From Blasia pusilla (lineage: Eukaryota), in NCBI GenBank assembly GCA_050084515.1, contig CM114271.1, positions 30,070,001 to 30,134,000 of the forward strand: DNA of 64,000 nt. Reading direction: 5' to 3'. Within the stretch, counting starts at the first letter, position 1; each line of letters begins with the position of its first letter. Below the pieces are notes generated by a model, which worked only from the letters and a program-made list of their open reading frames with translations, made no database searches and was not told the DNA's origin. This document shows, one piece after another, positions 48,901-63,010 of this stretch. The translations under genes were made by a program, and so were the position numbers.

Positions 48901-51675
48901 AGTGGCCGCTCCAAACACGCACAACCTCGCAGAATCGGGTTGCCTGTCCTTCGGTGAATGTACCCCTCCAAATGAGTCGACAGTTCCTTCTTCCCCTCTC
49001 CCCCCAGCGCTCTGACCGAGCCGGAATAACGACGTGTTTGAAACAAGAGCACAAGAGGCAAACGAGAACACTTACTATTAGAAAACAAGTACATACATAT
49101 CACCTTGCCTAGGTCAGGTTAAAACTCATCACGGAGAGCCGAAACAACGACGAGCACAAAAGGACATCACAACACAACCACTCACTCTAACTTCTCTTCG
49201 GCTCAGACCTGGATTGCAATAACCACAACCACGACAAACTAGGCAACTGGAACAAAAGACAGACTGGCTGACTGCACGTTCCACACAGGAAAACGAACGA
49301 TAGCGGACAAATGAAATTGACGTACCTTTCCGCCACTGCTCGCTGGACGGAACGATAGTATGCTACCGTGCAGACCCAATTAATGAAGCACCTCACAAGG
49401 CTAGATGGAGAGCGGCCTCCAAGGCGAAGAACAGACTTCTAGATCGGAACAGGAATGATCGGACCGAATGAACCAGACCGGCGAGGCGCTGGGAGACGGA
49501 CGGAGAGAAGAACGTCGGGTGGTCACAGGAGCCACATTGGAGAAGCCACAACTCCTCTTCCGCCCTGTAGGGTTCGAATATGATCACTGTACTACCGAGC
49601 GTTGCGATGTATACGGTAGGTTTCCTCGCGTCCCCGAATCCCCACGACTTGGCTTACCGTGGTGTTCCGCGCTTAACGCAGTTTGGGGAAAATTCTTTCA
49701 AATATTGACCAGTTTTTATGAGTTAGTCTTCCAGAGACATTTACGCGGTTCTCAAGATACAGAGCTTCAGAGTCTCAAGTGCTGGCCAGGTCGAGAGGCA
49801 GAACTTGGTTATGGTCGCCACTGAGATACTCCAGTGTGTTGAATGCGCTAACACTGGAGACTAGCCCAAGGTGGTCTTCTCCACTTCATAATTCGAGAAA
49901 AAGTGTATTTCCTTTCTCGTGCGAGTAAAATTCACATAAGGCACGCATATCACACCCCATCACTTCTCCGTCGGGAATTTGACGGAAAAGAACGTGCCGC
50001 ATTGGACCATATAAATACTTTCCCATTACGAAATATCAAATTTATATTATTAAGTATATACACAAATAAAATATGAATGAATAAAGATTTTATTTTTCAC
50101 AAATTATCTTTGCAGTCTAATTTTTCATTTTCTACATAACCATATATTATCTTCTATATATACACGTGATAATTTAAATTAAGAACTAGTGTGGCAACCC
50201 CAAAAGTGGGGTGGGGTATTATTTAAAAAATAATAATACAAAAAGCGAGTGTACACAAAGAGACCCATAATAAAAAATTATAAAAAAATGTATTATAAAG
50301 ATATTAATATCTAATTTCGTTTTAGTATATAAAAATTTTTAAAAATATATACTATAAAAATATTAACATTAAATTTAATGCATAGTAGTCTTCAATACAA
50401 ACCACAAAGAAGAATAGGAAAGATATCATAATTCAAAACCCAATACAAATGGAGAGATTATGTTTGCAATACAAAAACAATACAAACCGAGAGACATTAC
50501 ATTATATAGGAGAAGAATACAATAATCTATATGCTACAGAGTTGAATATATTATACTAATCTGATGTGAACCAAATGTAATGTTGATTGTTAGGTTATCT
50601 TTTTTAACATAGTGATATGTATATCTTACTATGACATATTTAGCATTTAGCATTTACATCAAATCTTACTACGACATACAAAGGATCCTACAAGACAAAG
50701 GTAATCAATACAAACCTTTTTAATGACAAGCAAAACCAAACGGAAGTTCTAATGAACACTATGGCTTGAATGTATGATAGACCACTGATGAAGTGAGTAA
50801 TAAACATGGCCAAAAAAGACTTCAATAAGAACCCGTGCACCATGTACATAACATGACATTACCTGAATTCTATTAATCCACGTTCCTTTAGGGATTCATT
50901 GGATCACTCTGGTGTCTCTACACAAAATATGTAGTTTTGCACGCACCTCCTGGAAAACCGCAATTTAAGGCCTTTAAGTTGGGGCCGTAATGAGTAATGA
51001 AACTTATCCCAACACGAATTATATAATTTACCCTTGAAATTCTTGATTGACCTCTTAAATCAATTTTGAATAATCTTACTGGTAGGGGGATTCTATTGGT
51101 TAATTGGGTCCTGTGTTAAATTGAGAGGTGTTCGAAAATCATAGTGGCACGCTCCATAATTAATACAAATTGTCGAATGCACAAATATCTTACTATTTTG
51201 AGATAAACGTGTACATATGATAAAGAGTTCACTTAGTTTGACAAAGGTTTCAATATGAGTGGATCACAATTTGTCCCATTGGTAAGATGTCTTGTGATGC
51301 ACCTTTCTTAATGTATGTTTAAAAAAACAATGAAAAGGAAATGAAAAAAATTGGTTAGAAAGAAAGAAAATCAATCTCTAAAAGATTAAGAAACATTCAA
51401 AAAGGAGATCATAAAAGAATTAAAAATACATTGTAAGTTATTGAACCATCACTTTGTACACATTCTTGACTTTGTTAATATTTTTTGTTTCCTATATTTA
51501 TTTTTAAATGGAATTTCCCTATCCTAATAATAATAAAATTTTACATTTTCAAAGTTTAAGGGAATTAAAAATCCATGAAATATTATTTTGTATGACTCCA
51601 TTTTTACATATGATCCCTTAAAGTTTTTCAATAAAGATAAAAAATTGATGAATTTTTAAATTAAAAAAAAACTAA

Positions 51676-52475
51676 TCTCTACTACTAAAAGGCCTTAAAT
51701 TAAAATTTTATAGATTCTTCCTTCCTTTTTCATGCCCCTCCTCTTCTCTTAACTTAGAAACCCCCCTGACCTCCTTTAATTTTTTTTCCTTAAATATACA
51801 AATACCATTTGCATACATGTCTTGAAATGGCAAGTGTCATTCTGAGGCTTCATTCTCTCTTTGTAAATCAAGTAGATCTCACATTAAGATATCACATCCA
51901 ACTCTCCATGGTGTGCAATCTCTCTCATGTCAAACCAAACCCACTCTCCTAATGAGAGGCTTGGGTTACACACAGAAGGCAAGGAAGATCATAGTTCTAT
52001 CGCCTCATGCCAAGAGGTTCAATAAATAGAGAATGAGTTCTCAAACTCTCTCTATTGGAAGTATACCCCCCGTTCCCTCTCCCAAGTTCTCTCCTCGATA
52101 ACTTATGCTCGCAAGTTACCTCCTTGGATCTTGAACTGCTACAGCAGGTCAAAGGTCATTTCCCAAAATGGAAAGTCAACTATACTCCAAATAGAATACT
52201 CCAAATACTACATATAGAGAAATTTACTTTGTCAAGTAAGTTTCTCTATATGGCTCTAAATGAACTGAAACGAAGGGGAAACCTTCTATCTCAAGTTACC
52301 CTCCGCCACAACAAGTCATTCTTGACCTCATGAGGTTGTTCTCCAATATCTCCGAAGGCGCTCTACTAGATCTCGCCGATCTATCCTAAAAGTCGCGACA
52401 ATGCTTTGCATATCCTCTGCACTTGGATTTGACGTGTCGCCATGCGCATTCAAGGAAATGGCGACCATCGACTAG
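51676..52475 (+). mobile_element. Non-autonomous Helitron-like element (about 800 bp)
   Basis: 5' end A|TCTCTACTACTAAAA at 51676. 3' hairpin GTCGCCAT/ATGGCGAC (52436-52465) followed by CTAG|T at 52472-52476. A further Helitron-like 3' end (hairpin plus CTAG) lies on the - strand near 50186-50216. Confidence 0.55.
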
Positions 52476-55376
52476 TAGGGGCTCTTAAGAACTATATTTG
52501 TTTGAGGGGGACCTTGTTTTTCCAATATTATTGATTTGGGATTTTTGTGTAAAAAACACAAGATAATGAAATCCAAAGGGAAACATACTTGTTAAAGCCC
52601 TAGTGCATCTACAATAGTTGTAGCCTTTGGCCCCTCAGTGTGAAAGGTACAAGTGAGGTAGTGGAATAACCCAAGAAGGTTTCAAGCCTAGGAGACTGAA
52701 TGTGGCACATTTTAGATGGTGTGACAAGAAAGTGACCAATTCATTTGGTTAGTGGGTAAACAATAACAACGAGGGATACATGCATGATTATGTCCCCTAC
52801 AGGTTCTCACTGTTTTATTTCCTTGGCCATCCAGAGTATCCACGTGTCCACTACAAATGTCCTCTGCACATATGTATCAATCAATTACTCGCCGCATACT
52901 CGTTCCATAGATGAAGGAAAGCTACCGTATAACTGACCGTCCATGCACTCGCATGAAAAGTGTCATCACGGGCTGCTACAACAGATCGTGAATAGCAAAC
53001 GGAGACGGCCAAGAGCTGGCAGAGTCCCGCAGCAGCCTGCACGAAGGATCCTGCGGATGAAGGAGGCTTTCAGATTGTGCGAACTTGGTAGCGGAGGACA
53101 TACATGGCATGCGCGTGCGGTAGGGAGCGGCAGGAGTCGTTGAATGTGAGCATCAGAATACCGAAGCAGACATAGACACTGACAGATAGGGTCATCCACC
53201 AAACTGAACTGTACTGTGCTCTAGTAGAAGAAGGACATAGATAAGGGTCATGCAGTAAAGAGTACTGTAGAGTGAGTGGTAGAAGAATTATAACAGGACA
53301 GAAAGACGTGGGGGTTGAGTTCAGGCTTGGAGAATAAAACGAAGTGGGTGAGAGACGGCGGGCGGAGTGTGGCAGACGAGAGAACCCTGAGTGTGGTGGG
53401 GCCGCGGTACGCGTGCAGAGTGGGCCCTAGTGAGATGGGGTGGCAGCTCAGTGGCTTCCCCAGCGCCTGCTGCTGCAAATAGTAACAGTGCTATCTAGAA
53501 AGGACATCTGATTCTTTTCGTTTTGTTACTCCAGTTCAGTCGGCCTGCGGAGTGGAATGTAACGACCTACGGGCGCCAAGAACCGGAATTCTTTGTAATG
53601 TCAGCAGGTAAAAATTAAGAATTTCCGATCTGACCAGCAAAGTCTCGGCCAAAAACCGAACCGGGAAATGCAGTTTCTTTGTAAAAATTGAACAAAACCG
53701 GCTGTTATTTAGAAATATCCGGTCAGACCCTCTGGAGTGTCGGGGAAAAACCGGGGAGCTCGAAAAATCAATGCGCCCGCTGGTGACGACGATAACGACG
53801 ACTGCAGGCCCGTCATCCTGATCTTGCTGCGCTTCTATTTGGTTAACCCGAGCCGACCGATGACAGCAAGTGAAGAGGGACGAAAAGAAAGGCGGTCCGA
53901 TGGAAATGGTGATCAGGTTCTTGCCTGTTCATGCGTCGTCCTGGGGTAATGAGTCGGTCTGTACTGGCGGAGGAAGTGACATCCTCATGCGCAAGATCCA
54001 CTTGAAGTAGAGCTAGTAGCTGTGCATGGGAGAGTGATTCTGAGATAGTTGTGGTGGAGTGGGGAGAAGATCGCCGAGGAAATTTGAGGGAAGCGCGGAT
54101 TTGATGTTGGGAAGGAGGACATTTAGACGGAATTGTTTACTTGAAAGGTTCAATGTGTGCGATTGAGAAATCTAGCTTGAGAGTCGACAGGGCGGCAGTC
54201 AGCGAGTGACGGGTGGTTTCGCCATGTGGGGTTGGCGGGATGCTCTGATGGTGCTGTTCTTCTTCTCGTCCTTTGACCAGGCCCTTTTGCGGACAATTGC
54301 AGCACCCCGGAACTGTCCACGATGGCACACCACTTGAGCAAGCAAGCTCTACTGAGGGCAGTCCACGCCGATGCCCTCTCTGTGAGCGTTGACAATTGCC
54401 GAGGACGAGGGGAGGTTTTTGAGACTGTGTATATCCCTCATGTAGATACCTTAAACAGGGCATGGCGGGCCACCTCTGCTGCTGGAGTTCTGGTATGTGG
54501 TTTTCACTGTATGCCCGTTCTGTCTTCTCCCATCACGATCGTACGCCCAATGCCCAACTTAACGTAGGTCCTGTCCCTTCGTTACACCGTCAGGATTCTC
54601 CTGCAGGTGTGCACCTCCGTCATCTAGTGCTTGCGCTCTTGGAGCCGCCAGTCTGCCTGATTCCTCCGTGGGTTTTCACGACCTGTCATGCCGTCTGTGA
54701 GCTACTTGACCAGAAGCCCCTGGACTGTTCGACTTGCTAGTCGAGCGAAGCTAGAACACAGGGGCATTCCATTAGGAGAATTATCTGCTTTCTACAAGCT
54801 CGTGTGAACTTTCTTGTGAACAAGTTGTTACCAGCTTCCAATAGTTCTGTAGTACCTTTCCGAGCTGTCTCACATACCGTACGAGAAATACTGCACATGC
54901 AATCTCTGGCGTCCGAGCTGCATATCTCCGCGTGCGCTGCATCTGGGGTTTGTACGACTGGGGACAACGAATGACGGTCCCTTGCGAGAGGGAAGAAATG
55001 AATTTGTTATCGTAGTACTGTTGTATCATACCTGAACTTCCGATTTGTAGCTGGAGCTTGAACTGAAGAGCTTCAGAACTTCAGATTCGGGAGCAGGATT
55101 GGACGTCCATGTTTGACACCTGTTTCATAACCCTTGGTTTGTTTTTATGAGGGACAGTTTGGCCAGATTCAGCCGACACCAAAGACTCTTTGAAGGATTG
55201 CTGATCATGAATTGCGCAACCGTTCGATGTTCAGGTTGTCATGGGCTGTTTCTTTCGTAGAACCATGCCTTCCATGGGTTAAGTTTTGGGGATTACTTTG
55301 TAATCAGTTGAAAGCGCTCACAATATTAGTTGCTGCAAGAGGCTTGAGCTGACGATGGTGGGTGGGTGTGATTACT

Positions 55377-57552
55377 ATGGCAGAAGTCTCGCTACCGGAA
55401 AAGAAAGATGTGAACTCGTCATTATCTCCTCGAACCCCGAAAATTTACTCTTTGGATGAGCTCCGAAGAGCTACGAAGAATTTTGCCGTCGCTAATGTCA
55501 TCGGCAAGGGATTATTCGGAACTGTCTATAAGGGAAAATTACGGAATGAACGAGGACTTCCGTTCCTTGTAGCTATAAAACGATATGGTCCAGATTTTAC
55601 GAAGGAGTTTCACGCGGAATTGAGTGCTTTGTCAAGGCTGAACCATCGAAACATTGTTCGTTGCCTTGGGTCTTGCGTACAAAAGGACGAGAAATTACTG
55701 GTTTTGGAGCATGCACATCATGGTAGCCTTCATGACTACCTTCAATGTGAGTACATGTACTACCACTGGTCATACGCGCACAACCTAGGGCCTGAGAAAT
55801 CCGTCGTATATGAAATCAGCAACTGTTAGTTACGTGGAAAGATAAATTGTATTCACGGTGGGTTGGTTTGGCTCTCTTATAGTGGTGGTGGGACTTGATG
55901 AATAGGTGCATCTGACGTTCGAAGTGTGAAGGTATGAAGGTCTTGTCCTCGGGCTCTTTTGGAATGGGAGATCTATTTAGCATTTGAACTGGAATGGTTT
56001 CGTGGTGGCAGGTCGCAAGCCTTTATTGACTTGGGCGGAGAAGTTGACCATCGCATTGGGTATTGCTGAGGGCCTCAAGTATTTACGAGTGGTGAACATT
56101 ATTCACAGGGATCCTAGCTCTTCCAATATTCTGCTGGACAAGGGTCTCGTACCCAAAATAGCGGACTTTTCCTTAGTACTGAAGGCTTTCGGAGTCAAGG
56201 AAGAGGAGGTGGTACACATCCCTTGGGTCGGCACCAAGGGCTACACGGATCCTGAATATATATTACAAGGCAACGTATCGACAGCTGTGGATGTCTTCAT
56301 ATTTGGTGTAGTTCTCATGGAGCTAATTACTGGAAGACCACCAGTTGATCCTGCAAACGACTGTCTTCTAGTAACCGAAGTAGGTAGTTCTAAGTCCTAT
56401 GACTCACTGTGCTCTGATTTGGTACTCTTCTTCATCTGCTCCACAACAGAGGAATCCAGGCCTTGCAGTGTTTGTGGTGGTCACATACTGAATGATCATT
56501 GATTCTGGGTATTCTTCACTTACTGTTCGAACACAGGAGAGGAAGATGTAAGATGGATGTGGGATAAGTTGCCCAATAGTTGAAGATAGGTAGAACTTAT
56601 ACACCTTCAGTGACAATTGGTATATTGTAGCAAGACAGTATTCTCCAAGTAACACTTACAGGAGGAGCTTTTAGGGATTGAGAATGGATGGTCACATACT
56701 TAGTTGGGCATGTGAAAGCATACCCAGAACCCAGAGCTGTGTCAATATCACTAAACCAGACTGCCTCATTAAGATGATACAAGTTAAGTCATGCTGATCT
56801 TCTTAGGGCAGATTTCAAGTGCTTTCCGGTGACTTCTTTGGCTGTCCTCCTGTCTCCCACATCCAGTTGAGATCAGCAATTGTCATTATGGTTGGATACG
56901 TGTAAGCCCTAGTCAGGGTCTATAGCAGAGATATGAAGCCATCTATTTTGTGTGCGGATGCTCCTTTGGTTATAGAGATGTTATGAAGAAGATACTGTGT
57001 CATTGACCTCTGTAGGGACAACCCTGGCTCCTGGGAACTTTGGTTTAGAAGGTAGCACAAGTGTTGGTACATGATAACCTGAGAGGTATTCGAATTTTAT
57101 TTCTATGTTTTATGACTTTCAGAAACGCATTTTTTGACAGATGCACCAGAAGCAGGCAAATGGAAGCAACCTTTTTGATCTCGACCACCTCAGTGGGGTT
57201 CGGTCCCCTCTGTTTACGGCCTCCATAAAGGTCAGAGTGCACATGCCATCTAAGCGCATTCTGTCCTAGATTAAAATAGTCATGGATTTGATCACTGAAT
57301 TGTAATTAGGTGGGGGTTGTGAAAATGGTTGATGTTTAAAATTTCAACAAGAATTTGATTTTGGTACTGTCATTCTTCTAATGGAATGAAGATTTTGTGG
57401 TCCAAAATTTGTGATTGTAGATTGCTTGTGAGTTGGCCTTGAGTTGTACCACTTGTGAAGCAAAACAACGGCCAAAATTAAGTGAAGTGCTATCTACCTT
57501 AGAAGAAGCATTAAGACTCCAGGCCAAAGATTTAGAAGGTCAGTGTCTTTGA
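55377..57552 (+). CDS. Receptor-like cytoplasmic (RLK/Pelle family) protein kinase, about 319 aa, atypical catalytic loop
   Basis: Exons 55377-55746, 56012-56379, 57141-57230 and 57421-57552 (phase-consistent GT-AG). Motifs YSLDELRRATKNF, GKGLFGTVYKG, VAIK, HRNIVRCLG, HRDPSSSNILL, KIADFS, GTKGYTDPEY, DVFIFGVVLMELITG and ALSCT..EAKQRP. Exon 3 and the last exon are less certain; an alternative terminal exon near 57999-58042 is possible. Confidence 0.85.
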
Positions 57553-60500
57553 ACTGCTATGATTATATAGATTGTTGATATTAGCCACTAAAACATGGTG
57601 CAACTTTCGGAATTGTAAAATTAGTCTAATTTCTTAGTTCTTATAGTTGGGTGGATTTAAAGAGAATTTGTGGTTGAACAAACAGCCTCAACATTATTGT
57701 GCTCTTTGTTACTCTAGGAGATTTATTTACTTTAGTGGTCAGTTTCACTCCTTTGATTGAGTGTAAAGATTGTCCTATTGCTGCTCTCCCAATAGTTGGG
57801 AAGTCATGGGATCATCTGGTAATTTCAATGAACTTTGTCAGCTAGTAGATCACCAGAACTGTTAAACAGGAAACAAGTATACTTTTTTGTGTAGAGAAGC
57901 CTCAAGTTTTATGCTATGAATCAGAGTGATGGATTTGCCCTTACAACCAAGCTATGACTTTTACATGTCTAATTGTTGTGGTCATTTCCTGGTTGCAGGT
58001 AAGGTGCTTGACAGTGAAGCCAGTGGGACATTGTTGGTTTAGGCAGGTTCTCGGTTTTGGAGCAAGATGATTGGGCTCTATCCTGATTTGCACAAGAAAA
58101 CTCAGGTGTATTCATCAATATATGAAGTGGCTACGTCGCGGTCTTCAATTTCCAAGTATGAAGATGTGGAAAAGTGTAGAGATAGCTACATTAGTAAGTA
58201 CTGTGGTCATATCTTGAGAACATCCCGGTAGTTTGAGTGAATTGTAGCAATTTCATTGTCTTGCATTGCAATTGGAAGGGTGGAGCTGAGATAACCACAG
58301 CTGCTTTTTTATTTGGCTTGCAGACAATCAGAATTGAATTATCTGCTGCTGGCTTCGGAGCTTCTGCTCTCTAGAGAGTATTGAAAGTGTTCAACTGACG
58401 CGGTGGCGGATTTCATGAATTCTGGAGATGGATTTCTCTTTCCCATGAAGCAAGGGAAGGAGGATGGTTGACTCCCAAAAAAAGATTTGAAAGGATGTCA
58501 CTCTGAATTAGTTCCTGCACCCGGTGCCAAGCGGCTCAGGAAGGCAAGAATGCAACCTGGTTAGAAAAGGCAGCAGGCAGTGGAGAGCCTGTTGGTTTCT
58601 CTAAGCAGATGCTTTACTTGTGGCTAGTCATCTTCCTGCTGGAAGTCAGTGCTTGGTTGAACTGTTAGCCGGCTGAAAAAATGTGCCAGCAAAAAGCGTA
58701 CAGTAGGCTCCTGGTTACCGTATCTATGAATATGATACAGAATTCTGGACTCTAGGAATCATGAAAAAAACTACCATATTCATCAATGTAGCGAGCCACC
58801 CAAGCATGAGAGGAAACGGATGAACTATGGTAAGTCATGGACATAAACCTGCCATGTCTGACGAGCCTCTTTGAACGCTGTTGCCTCATGTGGAAAGAAC
58901 TCAATGAAGAGAATCTAAATCTCACCCAGATGAAGATTCAACAGAAGCAGTGGAGTACTTATATGTGGGCTGGGAAGGAACTGAATCTTTCCACAGGAAT
59001 CAGTGTACAGTGAATGAGTATCATGGTCTCAAGACTGACGTTCATGCGCCGGATGTGAATGTGAAGGGCGTACAATCTTTCAACTGTTGCGCATGTCAAT
59101 CAGAGCCATGAAACCAGTAGCTTACACATCAGACCGACCTGGCGCATGCAGGGTAGGGTATTTGCAACAAAAGTCAAGCACTCGAGCTCTCATCTCTTTC
59201 CTGGAATTAAATGTGCCTGTTGCAACTAATCGGGAGCGGAAGTGCCGTTGTTACCAAGCAACGATCACTGACGAGGTCGATCGTAGATTAGTCTGCCTCA
59301 AGTCCTACCGCACGTCGACCTGAATACGTAAATTCTGGCAGCTGCGTGGCTGAGGTGTCATCGTGTCTCAAAATTTCCGCCCAAGCTATCATCTGCCAGA
59401 AAGAAAGTTTAGGATTTCAAAGAGTCACAAATGGCTTGGGTCAAAGTCTTTGGCCATGTCTAAAAAGTGTTTTAAAGTCAAGGGTCGCTGGTAGACAGCT
59501 CCACGTCCCAGGGTTATAAGACCAGACTGAGTCGTCACATGTACGTGTCTAAATCCGCACAACTAACCATTGATCGGGGCCTTCAACAACGCCAGACCGA
59601 TTTATTACTTTTGTAGGAGCTCGAAGAGTCGGTGAATGCGTTTGGCGCAACGACTTCCTAAACCAAGGAGATGTCGGGAAAAGCGATATTTCCGAAGCGA
59701 CCTTAAGTACTTCAACGTTAAGTCCAAACGAGCATTTATAACGTCCATACGTTACTATTGCTCCGAAGGCATCCAAAGGGTAACAATGAATGTTCGTGAC
59801 TCAAAGTGTCCCAAATTGTTTGAGCCCATAGAAGTTGTAATCAAAATTCACCTAGCTTTCTTTTTCTTCTTCTCTTTTTTGGCGTTAGTGAAGGGATGAT
59901 ATGGGAAAGATCATTGGAAAGCTTTTATGTCATAACACAACACTAGCTGGTGCCCTACTTTGAAGTTTTGTGAGATGTCTTTACCCAAAACTCCTACCAT
60001 CTTGTAAAAACAACTTCATCTCAAAAGACCCAAAAAAAGAAGACTGGCTCGGAGTCTCACAAGGGAGTCTAGGGGGTTCAATCGTCCATGAGTTTCAATG
60101 AGGTCCATCGCACTATCTTTGAAGTATTGAAGGACTAACCACATGCCCACTCGTTCATAGAGTTCTTATGGAATTTCTGATAGGTAGTGAATTGGTTCCC
60201 TAAAACCTTATAACTTAATTCAAGGGGGTAGTCATTGATTTGGAAGATAGTGAGATAGGAACACCTTTGTTAGAAATAAAAGGCTAAAAAGTGATTTATC
60301 TTATAAAAAGTTGCATATAACAATTTTTTTGTTCAGGCCAAACATTAAGGCTAAATGAATTGCTCCATTTACAAGATAAGAGGAAGAGGTAGGGCTCACC
60401 GTATATTTCTCACATGAAATTTCCTAAGAGTCATGGGATAAAGCTAACATCACCTTTGTCAAGAACTTGCGGCCATCTTTCAATCAAAACTTACATGTTT

Positions 60501-61399
60501 AGAAAGCATATAGTTTAGCCCTTTTTGGAGAACTTGAAAATTCTTTGTTGATTGCATAGTGTAAATTATTGCAAATGATGTTATTTATAAAAAAAATGTA
60601 AGTTAACATGAATGATTGGAAAAAAATATCTTTTAAGGTGAGACGCAATCCTAATTGACACATGATAAATGGTAGCATATGGATAATATAGATTTATCCC
60701 CTCTACAATAAACATAGAATCTATTTAAGAAATGGAAGTTAACATGAATAAAAGTACCCTCTATAGGTTCATTTACCTCCTTTGCTACCAACTCACCCGC
60801 ACCAGCCAACAATGAGCTTACATAGACCCCTTTCAACATATAGTGCTCTCAAGATCCATAGAACTACCAAGGAATCCATATCATCGGCATGGAATAATCA
60901 CCATATTAAAGCGTATTTAAAAAAAATTGTCTAAAATGTGATCATGGTTTAATGATCCATGTCAATTGCTTCATTTTCAACATATACATCGGCGAGTTCA
61001 GGGTCTTTGCCGACCCTAAACTCATTATCACACGTGGACTTAAATATGGTTTAGGCTCTGAATTTTGGCAACGAATGGTGAAGCCCTCAAAGTTTTGAGA
61101 TCAAAAAGATCTATTTCTTGTATTTCTCTCGCTATCCCAATGCTTTCCTCTAAATGTGCAAGTTTATGCAATCTCCAAAAAATTACCTTAGTGAACCCCC
61201 ATATATGCAACATTCTTGTGACGATGGTTAGGTGATGCAAGAGTGACCTACTCACTTGTCATCAATTATTTCCTCAAAAATACGCCTTGGTGTGGCTCGA
61301 GCAATCGTTTGGATGACAAAAAAGTGACCCTAAAGATGATATTTGAGGGAGTGGTGGAGCTAGAGGGATAGAAAGGCGTTCATGGCACTCTAGCCAACT

Positions 61400-61700
61400 A
61401 ATCATATGCCAACTTTGTATTCGTGCAAAGCTTGATAGGTTCAAAATGACTCTCAAGCTGAAGGATATTCCTCCTCGAGGACAAAGCGGCTTGGATGTTC
61501 GTGCCACTCATCATTGCAACTGTGAGATAAAAAATAATATCCCTTGATTTATAGCAGCACTTGAAGATGGTATATAGAAATGCTAGAGATTTTTCCCTCC
61601 CTTCGAGCAATGGTTCACCATTGCCATCCACTATCAAGTTCAGGATATTGAAAAAACTTTGGATAGAGAAGCCTTCTAATTCCGTGTCCACATGATCACT
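61400..61700 (-). pseudogene. Possible remnant of an N4/N6 (amino) DNA methyltransferase SAM-binding region
   Basis: GREKSLAFLYTIFKCCYKSRDIIFYLTVAMMSGTNIQAALSSRRNILQLES aligns by eye to the beta-class pattern KP..LL..LI....GDIVLDPFAGSGTT..AA...GR..IGIE. Degenerate. Confidence 0.35.
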
Positions 61701-62639
61701 CATTGGGTGTAGTTAAAATGCACTTATTGGACACCTAAAACAATAGGCTTGTGAATACTCAATCTGCACAAGCATAGAGAAAAATCAGTTTTGGTATTGG
61801 TAAAGGGAAACTACTCGGAGAGCAAAAATTCACTCAATGCAACAAGCATAAAAATATATAGGTTTCCAACTAAACAAACTCAAGGGCAACACATCACAGA
61901 GCGACGCGTTGCCTCTTGGACGTTCCCATCGGGAATCGAGTTGCAAAAGGCAACCCATCGCAATGCGATAGGTCGCTGTTGGAAACTGACATGACCCTAA
62001 ACTCATGAAATTGTATCCAAAGGAAATGAAAACTTACTTTCTCTTCAGATTTGGCACTCCGCACCAAAATCTCATTGGAGACAACCGAGATTTTTGCAAT
62101 CTCCCACCTTTGAAAACGTAGAGGACTATGGAACCCCGGCCTGCCGCCCATCAATCCCCTCCTCTGGATCTATCTCCACCCCACCTCTCAATGGCTCGGT
62201 CCTCGCAGCACCCTGAGTCACCACTGCAACAACCTCTATGGGAGCCATATCCATTACACACATCATCGATGGTGCCCACAGATGGGGCAGGTGTGTGAAT
62301 GTCACGAGGAGTTGGAGGGGCAACTCTTATGCCGACTTGTAGGGAGTAAGTGTTGACCACGGTTTTGGAGATGGCCACCGCGGTGAGCCAGACTCCTTTA
62401 TTTTTCGCAATGGAGTTGGCGAGAGTGGGAGTTAGACCAGCAGAGGTGTTGGCCGCCATGCTGTGTGAGCGTGAAGAGGTGATTATGGGAAGAGACACCC
62501 GTCATGGCATGGCTCTCAGTGGGACTATCCTCTACCAAAATTTCCTTCGCATGTGTGTTCTCCTCCAACAACTCTCCTGGCCAACCACCACCATCTGTGA
62601 AAGTTGTCAACGTGGTCGATCACCTCGTCCTCCAAACTA

Positions 62640-63010
62640 TACAGGAAATTGACTCATCCGTCCATCGCCTGATCGCCACCCTAGCTGATAAGCAACGGTC
62701 TCCTCCCAAAAGTCAAGGATGAATCTTAAGGGATATAACACAGTACTTCCAACCAACACATCGTTCGACTCACATGGTGTCATGATCACACCCGTGCACA
62801 CCATTGCACTTTCCATCGCATGCTCACGTTGGACTTTGACAACTATCTCCTTTTGAGTCATATGTTGCGTGGATGATACGCATCCAAAAGAAGTCTATAT
62901 TTGGAAGGGACAAGGCTCAATGTTGCCTTTCCATAACCCCAACGCCAAACATGCCACCTTCCCCAACATTAGGGGTTGCGCTCCTTAATCAAGTAGGACG
63001 CGCTGGAGGT
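62640..63010 (-). pseudogene. Retroviral-type aspartic protease remnant
   Basis: RVLLD*GAQPLMLG at 62990-62982 (DSG motif with Ser replaced by a stop), then ESNDVLVGSTVLYPLRFILDF (xDVLLG-like motif). Confidence 0.75.

Noticed and set aside
48901-49071. N-terminal extension of SKP1-B in the ORF track
   Set aside because: The sequence corresponds to 5' UTR/intron homologous to the non-coding region of copy A. The conserved protein begins at MSKETK (48900).
50700-51310. Helitron Rep/helicase coding remnant
   Set aside because: No helicase or Rep motif could be read in the frames examined.
52880-55350. Small ORFs or a miRNA precursor in the GC-richer region upstream of the kinase
   Set aside because: No recognisable domain and no match to the conserved plant miRNAs I recall. 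Probably promoter, UTR or non-coding sequence, but this cannot be resolved without transcript data.
56537-56580. Extra kinase exon after the ACAG at ~56536
   Set aside because: All three frames stop quickly. Exon 57141-57230 gives a phase-consistent model instead.
58050-59300. Additional gene downstream of the kinase
   Set aside because: Only short ORFs without motifs. It could be 3' UTR or non-coding exons.
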